DNA of 64,000 bases, from contig OX597818.1 of the NCBI GenBank assembly GCA_951406725.2, positions 18,538,001-18,602,000 of the forward strand, read 5' to 3'. Below the pieces are notes generated by a model, which was given only the letters and a program-made list of their open reading frames with translations, had not been told where the DNA came from and did no database searches. A program made the position numbers and the translations under genes. Shown one piece after another: positions 1 to 14,189 of this stretch (position 1 is its first letter; every line of letters begins with the position of its first letter). The stretch is from Octopus vulgaris. Taxonomy: Eukaryota.

Positions 1-699
1 CGAAATCTCAGCATATAACCATCTTCCACTTCTCCTGTTACACTTTTGGTGTTGATTGAAGTTATTCTCATCAAAGAAGTAAAGCATGCGATGTCCGTGA
101 TTTAACCGTGTTAAGTAACCGCTTGGTACGGATCACAGAGTTTTTGTATATTTGCTGACATGAATTGGCCTCGCCTCAGTATATAGGACTTGTATCAAAT
201 GTCCTGGTGTACCTCAGGACTGTGGTGCTAAGAAAATAATACTATGCAGCAGACTGACATGTTAGATTCTAAGATCACTGGGAACACACACAAAAATGGA
301 ATCATGTTGTTCTTATGACGAACATTTCTGCTTAGTCACCAAGATTACTGTTCCCAATTATGGTCGCCACAAAGTGTCAAATTATAGACAGAACCCGAGT
401 GGACGTCACTGCATTGTATTAAAATCGCATCATGTCGACCAGGGTGAGAACCTAATATTGTTACAGGACCACCAACTTTTCAATATATTGTCAAAAGTCC
501 TCTGAGAACAACTGTTTTATTCGCTTCCTCATCAGGAGCGATTCCAGAGTCACGGCCGTAAAGTGAGTTTAATGGCGGTGGCCTGGCATGTCCAAAACCT
601 CTGGCTGAAACGGATAATAAAGTAATAATAGAATATGCATATCAATGATCCCATATGTCCTTCCAGGTTTGCTTTTCTCCCACAGTCTTCATTGCGCGG

Positions 700-880
700 G
701 TCATATATTGGTTTCAAGCTTTGGCACTAGGCAAGCAATTTCTAAAAAGTGGAAAATTCGATTACATGGACCTCAGTATTCAACTGGTACTTATTTTATC
801 GACCCACAAAGGTTGACAGGCAAAGGTGACCTCGGTGGAATTTGAACTCAGAACGTGAAGACAGCCGAAATACCACTATA
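700..880 (-). mobile_element. tRNA-derived SINE, family 1 (Nin/Deu-like core), degenerate copy
   Basis: Reverse complement of the recurring core GTCGACTTTGCCTTTCATCCTTTCGGGGTCGATAAA-AAGTACCAG seen in many copies in this window (best copy 10160-10390). Confidence 0.75.
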
Positions 881-1099
881 TAATTAAATTACCTTCTTAG
901 TATCCGTGTGCATGTAGAGTTATATATTTTGGGGTGTGTGTGGATGACTCGTGAATGACCATATATGTGTACGTGAGATTATGTGCATGTATGTCATTGT
1001 TCAATTTTATTTCAAGATTTCTTGCCAATAGAGAAAGTGTCGGTTTCTAACTTAGATCTAAGGCTCCTTGTTTGAAATTTCAACATCAACAGGGAATAT

Positions 1100-1312
1100 T
1101 TGTATATATGTATGCATGTATGTATGTATGTATGCATGTATGCATGTATGTATGTATGTATGTATGCATGCATGTATATATGTATGCATGCATGTATGTA
1201 TGTATGTATGTATGTGTTGTATGTATATTACTCTCATGCATATAGCTGCATATCTAGACATACTCAGATACACTTAAATGATAAACATCTGGAAAGATGT
1301 ACAGATATAGTG

Positions 1313-1344
<32 letters not shown>

Positions 1345-1415
1345 TGTATGTATGTATGTATGTTTGTATGTAAGTATGTATGTATGTATGTATGTATGCA
1401 TGTATGTATGTATAT
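1100..1415. repeat. (TATG)n/(TGCA)n microsatellite
   Basis: Directly visible; explains the MYVC-type ORFs. Confidence 0.95.
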
Positions 1416-1554
1416 TTGTTTTTTGTGCATATGTCTGTACGTATTCGTGTACTCCCTCATCACAACCACCTGTTTTGTGTCTTTCTACCGCCGTCCATTT
1501 CTTTTTCTATTCCAATCCGTATTTCTTTGTCACTCCCTACATACGTCATGCATT

Positions 1555-2300
<746 letters not shown>

Positions 2301-2619
2301 AAAAATATATATATATATATATATGTTTGGGTCGACCTTGCCTTTCATCCTTTCGGAGTCAATAAATTAAGCACCAGTTGCGTACTGGTCAGATCTAATC
2401 GACTGGTCCCCTCCCCCAAAATTACGGGCCTTGTGCCTAGGATAAAAAAGAAATATATATATATATATATATATAAAATTTTGCAATGTAAAAGTTGACA
2501 GTAACTCCGAAGTTTCGATTTCCTCGCCTTCGTCATTTCTGTTAATTAAAATTACTTAACAGTTTAATGTTCAATTGTGTTCATATACAATAATTTATAT
2601 AAATAAACATAACTGCCTA

Positions 2620-2730
2620 TGTCTGCCTGACCGTCTCTCTCTTTCTGTCTGTCTGTTTGTCTGTCTGTCTATCTGTCTGCCCGTCTGTCTGTCTATATAT
2701 GTATGTATGCATGTATGTATATGTATGTCA

Positions 2731-2792
<62 letters not shown>

Positions 2793-3810
2793 TCTCCCTT
2801 TCTGTCTGTCTCTGTTTTGTCTGTCTGTCTCTCTATGTATGTATGTATGTATGTATGTATGTATGTATGTATGTATGTATGTATGTATCTATTTATCTAT
2901 CTATCTATCTACCTACTAACGTATGTCTCTCCTACTCTTCCTCCCTCTCTCTCTCCCTCTCCCCCCACTCTCCCTCTCTCCCCGCTCTCCCTCTCTCTCT
3001 TTCTATCTGCAATCTGTCAGTCAATCTGCTTCTCTGTTTTTCTCTCTGTCCATCGACGACTATCAATTTCAATTTCTGTATTTTCCTTCGGAGCTTTGAC
3101 TCTTTCCTTGGACGTGAAAATTTTTATCAACATCCATTAGATGATCCCACAACGTTTCACCTTCTCTGTTCACTTCTGTCTTATGTTTGTCTTTCTACTT
3201 CCTCTTCCTCTTCCATTTTCACCATCTTCACTACTATATATCTCTCTCTATTTCTTTCTCTCCCTCTTCCTATCTTACACGCTCATACACTCTTCCTTCC
3301 CAGCCACCTCCTTGCCATTCTCATTTCCTTCATATTTATCCCCCAACATATCCCCCACTTTTTGCTTCTCTCTCTCTCTCTCTCTCTCTCCCCTCTCTCT
3401 CTCCCTCTCTCTCTCCCTCTCTCCATCTATCTCTCTCTCTCTCTCTCCCCATCTCTCTCTCTCTCTCTTCATGGTATTACTACTTCCTCTTGCAATTTCT
3501 TTCCTCTTTCTTTGATTGCTTCATTCACCATTCTAGCTCCCATCTTCCCACACAATATTCCTATTTTCTTTCACTATTATAATTCTCCGTCTTTCTTTCT
3601 AATTAACTCTCACCTCCCTCGTACACACACACCCACACACACACACAGAGGATCTCTCTTTCTGTGTCTCACCTTCCTCTGCATGTCATAATCCCCAATC
3701 ATTGTATCGTCTTTTGTCGTTCTCACAATATGTATGTATGTATAAATGAATACATGCACGCATGTATGTATGTATGTATGTATGTATGTATGTATGTATG
3801 TATGTATGTA

Positions 3811-3902
<92 letters not shown>

Positions 3903-4192
3903 AATCTATCTATCACTCTGTTGGTCTGTCTGTTCTCTCTTCCTCTTTCCATCTATATATCTATCTGTGTGAGTCTCTCCCTCACTCTCTCTCCCTCAAT
4001 TTCTCTCACTCGCTCTCACATCCTCACTCACTCTCTTTCTACACACACACACGGACGCAAAAACCCATACACATACATGTGTATCAACCTATCTATCTGT
4101 CAATTTATTTATCCATCCTCCTACATCTGTCTCTCTGTCTGTCTCTATCTAATTATCTACCCCTCTGTCTTTCTGTCTCTCAGTCTGTCTGC

Positions 4193-4283
<91 letters not shown>

Positions 4284-4295
4284 CCTATCTATCTA

Positions 4296-4391
<96 letters not shown>

Positions 4392-4399
4392 CCTATCTA

Positions 4400-4443
<44 letters not shown>

Positions 4444-4460
4444 TCTATCTTTCCTGTCTG

Positions 4461-4538
<78 letters not shown>

Positions 4539-4579
4539 CAACCATCTATCAACATGTCTAAGCAGATGAATAATGATGT

Positions 4580-4612
<33 letters not shown>

Positions 4613-4833
4613 AAGAGAGGGGGGATATGCAATACTGCCTCTAGCCTCTCGTTCACTCTCTCATCCTATTTGTTAAAATGTCGGTCAATTTACACCTCTT
4701 TACTTTGAATGCGCGTAGGCATTATTATGTGTTTGCATATGCGTGGGAACATATACCTGTGCTTGTATACACGTATGTATGCGTTCACTACACACTCGCG
4801 CGCGTGTGAGAGAGGGAGAGTGTGTGTATGTGA

Positions 4834-4917
<84 letters not shown>

Positions 4918-5099
4918 ATATACATATATATATATATATACATATATGTATATATACATATATATATATATGCATATGTTTATATATGCATGCCTGTATT
5001 TTATGTAGGTTATAAGTATCTATCTATCTATATCTATACCTATATATACGACCATGTATATGAACATATACATACATGCATGTATGTCTCTTATGTAGG

Positions 5100-5145
<46 letters not shown>

Positions 5146-5260
5146 ATCTAAGTTTGGGGAGAGAGAGTGAGAGGGAGAGAGAAAGAGAGGGAGAGAGAAA
5201 GAGAGATGGAGGAAGAGAGAGAGAGAAATAGAGGAAGAGAAATGGAGAAAGAGAGAGAGT
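2620..5260. repeat. Compound microsatellite field: (TCTA)n, (TCTG)n, (TATG)n, (CT)n, (GA)n, (TA)n
   Basis: Directly visible; source of the IYLS/MYVC/SL ORFs. Confidence 0.95.
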
Positions 5261-5999
5261 TTTTATCTTGGATTTCTCCTCTCCTCATTTCTCTACTAAT
5301 TCTTCTTTTCCACTTATGAAATCTCCAGTTGGAATAAGTGGGCTTAGTGTGTCGGCGTGCTTATGTATAAGTATATGTAAGTGTTGTCTGAATTTCTACA
5401 TGCATGTGTGTTGTATTTATTGTCTTCTATATATAGTTTCTAAATTAGAAATTTACAGCGTAGGAGGAAGAGAGATTTATAATTCTGATTTTTCTCCCCC
5501 TCTCGCACCGCTAACAAAGACTAAGTCATCACGTGGTCACTCGATTTGCTGGAAATGTCAGCTAAATTCCCATTCCCCAAACCCACTCGCCATTGTCTTT
5601 CGAAAAGGATGCATTAGATGATGTGACTCTAGGTTTCCTGTACATATGTTAAAAAGACGGGATGGTCTTTTCGACCAGTGCTGACTTTGGTCTAAGGAAC
5701 CAGCACCAGCGGCAGCAGCAGCAGCAGCAGCAACGAGGTAGATAGATTACTTAGGTCCGATAATGTCAGTTGCTACACGACCGTTTAATTTTTTCTCTCT
5801 ATTTCCAGAATGTGATTTACTGTACGTTCATATCCTTTGAATATCCATCTGTTCACACCTAAATATTCACCCTCCGCCCTTCAGCCAAAAGTATTTTTGT
5901 ATAATCTAATCAACCTTTGTTACCACCCCACCGATCTTCTTACTCTATGGACAAACTCATTTTTTCTTCCACTTTTCCACATCTACTTAATATTGATTT

Positions 6000-6165
6000 C
6001 AAATTTTGGCACAAGGACAGCAAGTTCGGGCATTGGGGTAAGTCGAGGGTTGGTTCTTATTTTATCGACCTAGAAACGATGAAAAGCAAAGTCGACCTCG
6101 GTGGAAGTTGAAATACCGCTAAGTATTTTGCCGGACGTGCTAGCGATTTTGCCTGCTCTTCGACC
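6000..6165 (-). mobile_element. SINE family 1, degenerate
   Basis: tttatcgacctagaaacgatgaaaagcaaagtcgacctcggtggaagttgaa is the reverse complement of the family core. Confidence 0.7.
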
Positions 6166-6778
6166 AGATCATATATATACATGAAACCTTTCTATAATTT
6201 AAAGGTGCTGTTTCACCAAGTGGATTTTGATGGTCATCATAGTTCCTTGAAATATGAAAAAACAGTATTCTAAGACATCTGTGAGATAAGGCTTCTTTTA
6301 ATGAAACTTAATAAAAATTGGTTCTATAAAAATATCGAATCTACCATTTTCAAAATAATGGCTCCAATTTTGACGGGAGGGGGAAACCAGAAGAAAGGCC
6401 ACTGGACATTTTACAAAATTAAAAGTAGAACAAAAGAGTAATTTTATTTTATTTATTATATATTTACTTTATTATATTTTCGTTTCTATGAATCAGTGAT
6501 GAGTCATATCAGAAAGGGAAGAGGCCGTGAGATTTGTAGGACATCCAAGCGTCTCCTGTTTTGCCGAGTTTACCGCCGGGACATTTAAAACTTATTTAAA
6601 CCTTAAGCAGAAGAATTAATTTACGTGGCACCTGGGCGTGTCTACTCATCCGTGGGCCTGTGTGATGTGTTTGTGTGACACACGTCTTGGAGCTAGCCCA
6701 CCTCTTTCTATTGTCTGAAATTGACGGCTTTTGAGCGTAGATTTCAACATCGGATAAAAATAAATAGATAGATATATA

Positions 6779-6817
<39 letters not shown>

Positions 6818-7369
6818 AATAATCTTGAGGGTTGGTCAGCTAGGAGGTAAGAGTGGTTTCATGCTCTGCTAATAATTCAAGGATTAGAAGCGACGCTTTT
6901 GTAGAGTTAGTGCGTGGTCACTGGGACAATATCTATGTTTTGTTTACCTTTGCTTCTAGGCTAGCCCATCCTTCAATGTGACACTGTCAAATAATTCAGG
7001 TTATATCTATTTATCGTTTGAACACAGAAAATAAACTCATGGTGGACCATGCCCTTCTAACAAGAAAATATAAAAAAAAAAAACAACCCACCCTATTAAA
7101 TTTAAGATGTGGTTTATTAATTTAATTTATTCATTTGGTTGCTGTGACGATGATCCTGTTTACTATGGCAACAAGAGTATTTTTGTTTCGACACCGTTAC
7201 TGCACTGCAAGGTTTCGTTGCCTGATATAAGGGTTACATCACCAGAAAGTTTTCTATGTCGATCAAACAATCTCACAGCTCCTGACCGATTGTTACTCGG
7301 TTCTGTTTTTGTTCTATTCTGTGCATGGTTTTTTTGTTTCTTTGTCTTTTTTTTTTGCAGAGGTGAAGG

Positions 7370-7632
7370 AAAAAGAGAAGAAACTAAAGGAAGAAAAAGA
7401 AGAAACTAAAGGAAGAAGAAGAAGAAACTAAAGGAAGAAGAAAAAGAAGAAAAGAAGAAGAAGAAGAAGAAGAAGAAGAAGAAGAAGAAGAAGAAGGAAA
7501 TAATGATGATGATGAAAAATAAAAGGAGGAGGAGGAGGAAGAGAAGAAGAAGAAGAAGAAGAAGAAGAAGAAGAAGAAGAAGAAGAAGAAGAAGAAGAAG
7601 AAGAAGAAGAAGAAGAAGAAGAAGAAGAAGAA
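7370..7632. repeat. (GAA)n microsatellite
   Basis: Directly visible. Confidence 0.95.
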
Positions 7633-8667
7633 TTGTTCTAACGTGGGCGCAGGGCTAGCCGATTAAATCAACCACAGTACTTTTCTGATACGGTATTTTA
7701 TTGGCCCCAGAAAGATAAAAAAGACAAACCTGACCTCTGTGGTATCTGAAGTCAGAGCGTAACGAACCGGCACAAATACAGCAAAATATTTCGACCGACG
7801 CCCTAAAGATTTTACGATTCCACCGCCGTAAATAATGATTACTACGTAAATAATAATTACTACCTTAGGCATAAGGCAAGTAATTTAGGAAAGAGCGTGG
7901 CATGTTAGTCGATTGGATTAACCACAGTAGTTAAGGGGTATTTTATTTGGTGTCACCAGAAAGGTCAAAAGATCTTGGTGGGATTTAAACACAGAGTTTA
8001 CTGTTCCAGAGCTGGTATAGAACAAATAGCGCAAAGCAATGTATCGGATGCGCTAACAATTCTGCTACTTCGGAGCTCTGGATGTTGGAAAAAAAGAAAG
8101 AAAAATTAAAAGGAAACAGGAAAAAGAAGAAAAAAGACGGATGACCATGATTCGAATGCCTTTGGTCAATGGTCAGATCAATCAAGACTGGCCATGGGTT
8201 AAACAACACACACACATACACGCATACACACACGTACACCACACACACACATGTACACACACACACACGTACACACACACACACATACACACACACGCAC
8301 ATTCTCCCTTTCTCACACACACACACACATACAGTTGCGCACACGCTCTCTTTCTCCCACACACACACACTCTCTCCCTTCCGCCCTCTCCCTCTCTCCC
8401 TCTCCCCCCTCTCTCTCTCAGAGACACACACACGCGCACACGCGCACATGCTGTCATATATCTACTTACTCGGAAAGTGGACCAAATCAGCAACTATTGC
8501 AGCCGTTCAAGAATTTGGACCTAGAGATCTCCATTTCCAGCGACTTCGAGGGCCACATCCCAGTGGTGTCGGGCGTCAACGAAGCGCCCTCGAATACAAC
8601 AAGACGACCAAAGTTTTTTTTTTCCCCCAAGACCATCACCTAATCACCCTCACCCGTCTTGTTACTT

Positions 8668-8675
8668 AACAACAA

Positions 8676-8737
<62 letters not shown>

Positions 8738-8770
8738 GCAACAGCAACAACAGCAATAACAACAGTAACC
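8668..8770. repeat. (AAC)n microsatellite
   Basis: Directly visible. Confidence 0.95.
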
Positions 8771-9284
8771 ACCCCATTTCCCAATTCTGTGAAAAAAGAT
8801 ACGAAACAACTTTATCTCGTCTAATTCAACGCCTTTCATTAAATTTGTTCGACTCTCTTCTAGTTTTTTTTCCTTCTTATTTTATTTTTACCTTTCTTTT
8901 TCTCTGTCATTCCTTCCCTTAAACCTCTTGATTTCTTTCAGTTCCTTCTTCTCAGGAATTTGTTTTACCTTTATCTATTCCACCTTTAAAACTTTTTCTT
9001 GTCTTTTTACTTTTTCTCTCCTTTCTTCCTCTCTTTAGTTTTTCCGTTTATGTTCGCTTTCCTTTTTCCTCATAGCTCTTTCTTTGCTGTTTATTTTATT
9101 CTTTCTTCTTTTCTTCCTCTTCTGGTCCTCCTCTTCCTCCTCGTTAACTCCTCCTCCACCTCTTCCCCATGTCTCCCTTCTTTTCTTCCTCGTCCTCCTC
9201 CGCCATTTCCCTCTCACACCGTCTCCTCCTCCACTCTCCTTTACACCGTCACCTCCTCCACCACTTCTCTTCCTCCATCTTGTC

Positions 9285-9520
9285 GACTTTCTTCTTCTTC
9301 TTCTTCTTCTTCTTCTTCTTCTTTCCCTCTCATCTCCTCGCATCCCCTCCTCCTCCTCACGGCGACGACGACGACGACGACAACCACCACCACCACCTCC
9401 TCCTCCAGTTCTTCTTTCTTCTTCTTCTTCTTCTTCTTCTTCTTCTTCTTCTTCTTCTTCTTCGTCGTGGTCGTGGTCGTCGTGGTCGTCGTCGTACTCC
9501 TCTTCCTCCTCCTCCTCCTC
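9285..9520. repeat. Compound trinucleotide repeats (TTC, CCT, GAC, CAC, GTC)
   Basis: Directly visible. Confidence 0.9.
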
Positions 9521-10159
9521 ACGTCCCTCGTTACCTTCAACGATGTCCCACCAACGCACACAAACCCTATCTTTCAACAGCTATTGATTCGAACATATAT
9601 TAATTCCCTCTTGTTCTTTACTATTACTTTCACATTCTCCCTCCACTCTTTTCCTCCCTCACATTTTCTCTCGTTGTCTCACTTCCATATTTTCTCTCTA
9701 TCACTTTCTTCTCTTTTACCCCACCTCTTGCTTAATGTTACCACTCAACATTTCACTTCTTTCTATTTCAATGAAGGAACCTCCGTCTCTCATCTACATT
9801 CTACCTCTATCTACTCCCCCTTCACTTCTGCATTTCACTATGTCCACCTACAAAGTCCAACCCATTTGTTGGCAACAGCTGATTTACGACAACGTGATGT
9901 GTTTGTATAAAATAAGAGGAGAGAGAGAGAGAGAGAGGAGAGGGAGGGAAGAAAGGGGGAGACTGGCGGAAGAAATAGGGCTAGGTGATGAGTAGGAAAA
10001 CAGAGGCCGTAAGTGAAGCAAAAGCGCGCGCGCGTGTGTGTGTGTGTGTGTAAAAGAAAGAGTTGTTGTTCTGATAACAGTTAAGTCCCAGTTCGAGCTG
10101 ACTAGTGATCAAAGGTATTCCAATTACGACCAGCATATATATATGTATCAGGCATTACA

Positions 10160-10390
10160 GCGGTGAGCTGGCAGAAACGTTAGCACGCCGGGCGAAATGC
10201 TTAGCAGTATTTCGTCTGAGGAAACGTTCTGAGTTCAAATTCCGCCGATGTCGACTTTGCCTTTCATCCTTTCGGGATCGATAAATTAAGTACCAGTTAC
10301 GCACTGGGGTCGATATAATCGACTTAATCCGTCTGTCTGTCCTTGTTTGTCTCCTCTTCGTTTAGCCCCTTGTGGGTAGTAAAGAAATAG
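10160..10390 (+). mobile_element. tRNA-derived SINE family 1, near full length, Nin/Deu-like core
   Basis: A-box-like GAGCTGGCAGAAACGTTAG, B-box GAGTTCAAATTCC, core GTCGACTTTGCCTTTCATCCTTTCGGGATCGATAAATTAAGTACCAG. Matches copies at 47820 and 53820. Confidence 0.85.
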
Positions 10391-10709
10391 GCGTTACAGT
10401 AACGGAAAATGGGAGTGTGGTAATAAGTTTGCTTCCCAACTATATGGTTCCGGGTTCAGTCCCATTACATGACACCTTCTACTATAGCCTCAGGGCTACC
10501 AAATCCTTTTAAGTGGATTTGGTAAAAGGAAACTGAAAAAAGTACAGGCAGCAGTCTAATAATTCTGCCAGCTCGCCGCCCTGGAACAAAATCTTATATT
10601 GCAGGAGAAACACTGTGAGAAGACAAAGACTTCATCGATGAATCAATGCTTCACCTGTTATGTGACAGTTTATGGTATGCATGACTGTTATTGGCAACAT
10701 ATATACTGT

Positions 10710-11010
10710 GGGGGCACATGGCCTAGTAGTTAGAGCAGCGGACTCGCGGTCGAGAGATTGCGGGTTCGAATCTCAGGCGATGTGTGTGTTTATGAGCGAA
10801 ACACCTAAGCTCCACGCGGCTCCGGCAGAAGGTAATGGCGAACTTCTGCTGACTCTTTTGCCACAACTTTCTTTTTCTCTCTTTTCTCATGCATCTTGCA
10901 ACTCACCTGCAACGGACCGGCGTCGCGTCCAGGTGGGGAACCTATACGCCAAGAAACCGGGAAACTGGCCCTTATGAACCAGGCATGGCTCGAGAAGGAA
11001 TAAACAACAA
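10710..11010 (+). mobile_element. tRNA(Arg)-like-headed SINE family 3 with 14-bp target-site duplication
   Basis: Head GGCACATGGCCTAGTAGTTAGAGCAGCGGACTCGCGGTCG...GGGTTCGAATCTC. TSD aacatatatactgt at 10696-10709 and 11011-11024. Sister copy at 45091-45264. Confidence 0.85.
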
Positions 11011-11020
11011 AACATATATA

Positions 11021-11204
11021 CTGTATTTTAACGTGTATAAGGAACCCTTCTTTGTCAGCAATTAGGTTTTTTAAATATGGGGGTTTCTTATACATGGATA
11101 ATATTGTAATCCCTAACAAAACATTTTTCCAAATTTTAAGCCCCTCTCCAACCAAATTATGGGGTTTCTTATATACGAGGGTTCTTATACATATTAAAAT
11201 ACGG
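11021..11204. mobile_element. MITE with ~27-bp TIRs and TA flanks (Tc1/mariner-pogo type)
   Basis: ta-ctgtattttaacgtgtataaggaaccc at the left end and gggttcttatacatattaaaatacgg-ta at the right end. Confidence 0.7.
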
Positions 11205-11777
11205 TACATCCTTGTGTGTGTGTACCGGCGTGTAGTTAATCTAATGTCATTACTTACAAGTGTCTGCTTTGTACGTAAGTGGACAATATGTTTGACTGTT
11301 TATTGTAAACCTAAGGTGTACTTGCGTGTTTGCAGGTGTGTGTGTGTGTCAGAGAGAGAGAGTGAGAGAAAGAGAGAGAGACAGACAGAGTGTGTGTGTA
11401 TGTGCACGTGTGTATGCGCGCGCGAGCGCATTTGTATATGTGTATGTGTTGTTAATGCTTGTTGCGTGTTCATGCTTGCATTTGTCCGAGTGATACTGAT
11501 TGAGGACCAGCCAGACATTGTATACATATAGAGAAGTTTGAGAGAGAGGGAGAGGGAGATGGAGAGAGAGAGAAAGAGAAAGTGAGAGAGTGCGAGAGAA
11601 AGGGGGGTGGCGAATAGAATGAGAAAACATAAGAAGCTGGCTAATTAATTTGATAGATAATTCACTGGCTAGATCGATAGATAGACTGAAAGAAGAAACT
11701 TTTGGAGACAGATACAAAGAAAAGAGAAAACGAAATGAAGAATATATATATACGCACACTGAACGAGTGTGAGTGCG

Positions 11778-11815
<38 letters not shown>

Positions 11816-12400
11816 CGTGAGTGAGAGAGAGGGAACTAGCAAGTTACCTACATAGATAGATAAATAGATAGATAGGTAGACAAACAAACAGATATAATAA
11901 TATAGATAAACAGACAGATAGATTAATATGTAGACAAATTGAAAGCAGATGAATAGATGAGTGAATACATACATACATACATATGTATATATATATATAT
12001 AAAGTGAGAACGTGAAAGAGAGAGATAAATAGATAGGTAATTCGATAGTTAGATAGACAGGTACACAGAGAAAGAAAAAGACAGAGAGAGAGAGGGGGGA
12101 AGAGAGAAGGAGGAAGAATAAACCCGTTTCCTGTCAAAGATTAAAAGATCTGTGAAGAAATCCAGAACGATGATTTCGTTTGAAGTATAGCTTAATGACG
12201 ACCTAAAAATATATTGCCTCTGATAGAGACACACTTAACAAAACGTGTGATTAACATCGGATTGAATTGGTGTCACCTCTTATTATGGGGAGTTATTTGA
12301 TGCCATTTATTGTCCAAGTTTCTTTTTGCGTCTCACTCGGAGGAAGACGAGTAAGGTAGAGTGCATGAACTTCGCTGACCAGATTCTGAGACTGCTTTTG

Positions 12401-12440
<40 letters not shown>

Positions 12441-12828
12441 AGGATAGAGGTAACTAGCTTTCATGGTTTACGGGTAGTAGGAAGTAGCACAATAAAATAT
12501 TAAGTTTTTGCGCTTTCCCTTCATTAGCCATGCGTACAGCCGTCGACTATCATAGACAGTCATACAAAAGTCTGAAAATTCTTGATGTTTCGTGGGAAAG
12601 TTAGAGCAGTGTTTTTCTGCTGAATTCTGCGAGCTTATTTACTGTTTACTCTGTTAGTCTCCAGCTCATTGAGCTTATCTCTAAACACGGGATGTTCTTA
12701 ACTCTTAGGCAGGGTAATGTTTTACAATATAGAATAGTTGGTCGGTGTGGCCCGTTTCTAGGGCCTAAGCCTCCTGCGAACCCTGTATACTTTGGCCCCT
12801 CAACTATCTCCTACAATTTGACCAATCA

Positions 12829-14189
12829 CACTGGTCAACAAAATAAAACTTTTATTTTCTGGCATAAAATCTTAGAGCTGTTTTAGACTAAAATCTTTGG
12901 TGCTGATTTTAAAACAGACATTAGATTTGCTCAATCATATAACATTTTTGTGCCATAAGTATATACCTTTATTCACCTGGTTCATACCAAAAGTTAATTT
13001 TACACCACTATTTACGAGAATTTTGCTTGGATTGTTATGCTAGTTTTGATTAATATGTTCAAGCTGAGTTTTGCTTTAAAACCGTTCCTTTTCTTTTCAG
13101 GTGTGAACTGAACCATTGTGATCTAGTTATGGATACAACATTAAAAATAAGGACGGGCTGCAATGACCCCGATATCTCCTGTTACGTCTGTGAAAACTTC
13201 ATTCCACGGGCTCAAATGCGCAACATTAATAACTCTGTCAAGATGTAGCAATTTAAAGTAGCACTTTAAAGTAGTACTTGGAGACCATGACGAAACTTAG
13301 GCTTCCCATAAAGTTTGCAAAAATCTGAGTTGAAAATTTGGTGTAATGAAGCAATTAATCAAAGCTCTTGATCACAGTGGAGTCTACTTCAGATGTATGT
13401 GTACAACCTTTCCAAGTCTGTGACAAGAAGAAGGTAGAAATACTTGATGGACCTCAAATAAGAACACTCCTCAGGGATTCACATTTTGTTACAAGAATGA
13501 GTGCGGCTGAGGTTAGAGCTTGTAATGCCTTTTCTGATATGAAGCTGATTTCCTTGGGAAGAGGAAAGCTGACAACTATCAAGAAATTCTGGAGGAATTT
13601 GCTCCTGAGATTGCAAGCACTTGGATGTAGAATGAGTATTAAATTGCACTACTTACACAGTCAGTTGAGTGAGTTTTCGGAGAACCTGGATAATGGTAGC
13701 GAAGAACAAGGTGAACTCTTCCACCAAAACGTAAAAGTAAGGGACGAACGCTACCGAGGCTGATGGGACTCAAACATGTTGGTAGATTACTGCTGGAACT
13801 TGATGAAAGACATTCCAGAAACTGGAAAAGGAGGAAGTTCTTGCAGTAATAACACGATGAGAATGAATGACCACAATGGATGGAGATTTTCTATTCATAT
13901 TTTGTTATCACAAAGCTTAATACTTACATTTTAATATGCATTTATTCCCACAACTTTGTGCTTTGATTTACTAGATTAAAAAAAAACACTGTCTATTAAA
14001 ACTTGCATCTACGTATGCGTAATTCTACCTTTATGAGCATTAAATAGCTGTTTCTAGCAAAGCTAAAAGATTGTATATAAAAAATATCTGACGTGAGAGA
14101 CAAAATTTGATGCCAGATTTGTATTCAGCACCCCAAAATTAGCTAAAAACCATTGATAAACCTTGTGCCAGAAAATGTGTTGACCAGTG
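12829..14189 (+). mobile_element. Chapaev3-like (CMC superfamily) DNA transposon, internally deleted, with transposase remnants
   Basis: Imperfect ~110-bp TIRs starting CACTGGTCAACA and ending TGTTGACCAGTG; flanks tca/taa. N-terminal CNDPDISCYVCENF...LGDHDET*ASHKVC and C-terminal DGPQIR...GCRMSIKLHYLHSQL...EEQGELFHQ...ERYRG*WDSNMLVDYCW motifs. Confidence 0.85.

Larger units (their letters stand above)
8470..9900 (-). other. Candidate first (5' UTR-type) exon of a minus-strand gene, ending at a GA|GTAAGT splice donor
   Basis: acttac at 8464-8469 reads GTAAGT on the minus strand, directly after a GC/CpG-richer unique segment (8470-8655). Upstream on that strand lie (GTT)n, (GAA)n, (GAG)n and (GAC)n tracts with raised CpG. 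The upstream boundary is a guess, and no downstream exon was recognised. Confidence 0.35.

Noticed and set aside
296-505. 69-aa ORF in non-repetitive-looking sequence
   Set aside because: No recognisable motif or splice support.
8470-8500. Selenoprotein reading of GCNSC-TGA
   Set aside because: No recognisable selenoprotein family context, and no SECIS can be assessed in this window; kept only as speculation.
8999-9910. 303-aa and overlapping homopolymer-rich ORFs
   Set aside because: Open in several frames on both strands because of trinucleotide tracts; not credible as CDS.
10710-10780. tRNA-Arg-like sequence (also at 45091 and 26117)
   Set aside because: Continues into a SINE body, two copies have TSDs, and no proper acceptor stem forms; these are SINE heads, not tRNA genes.
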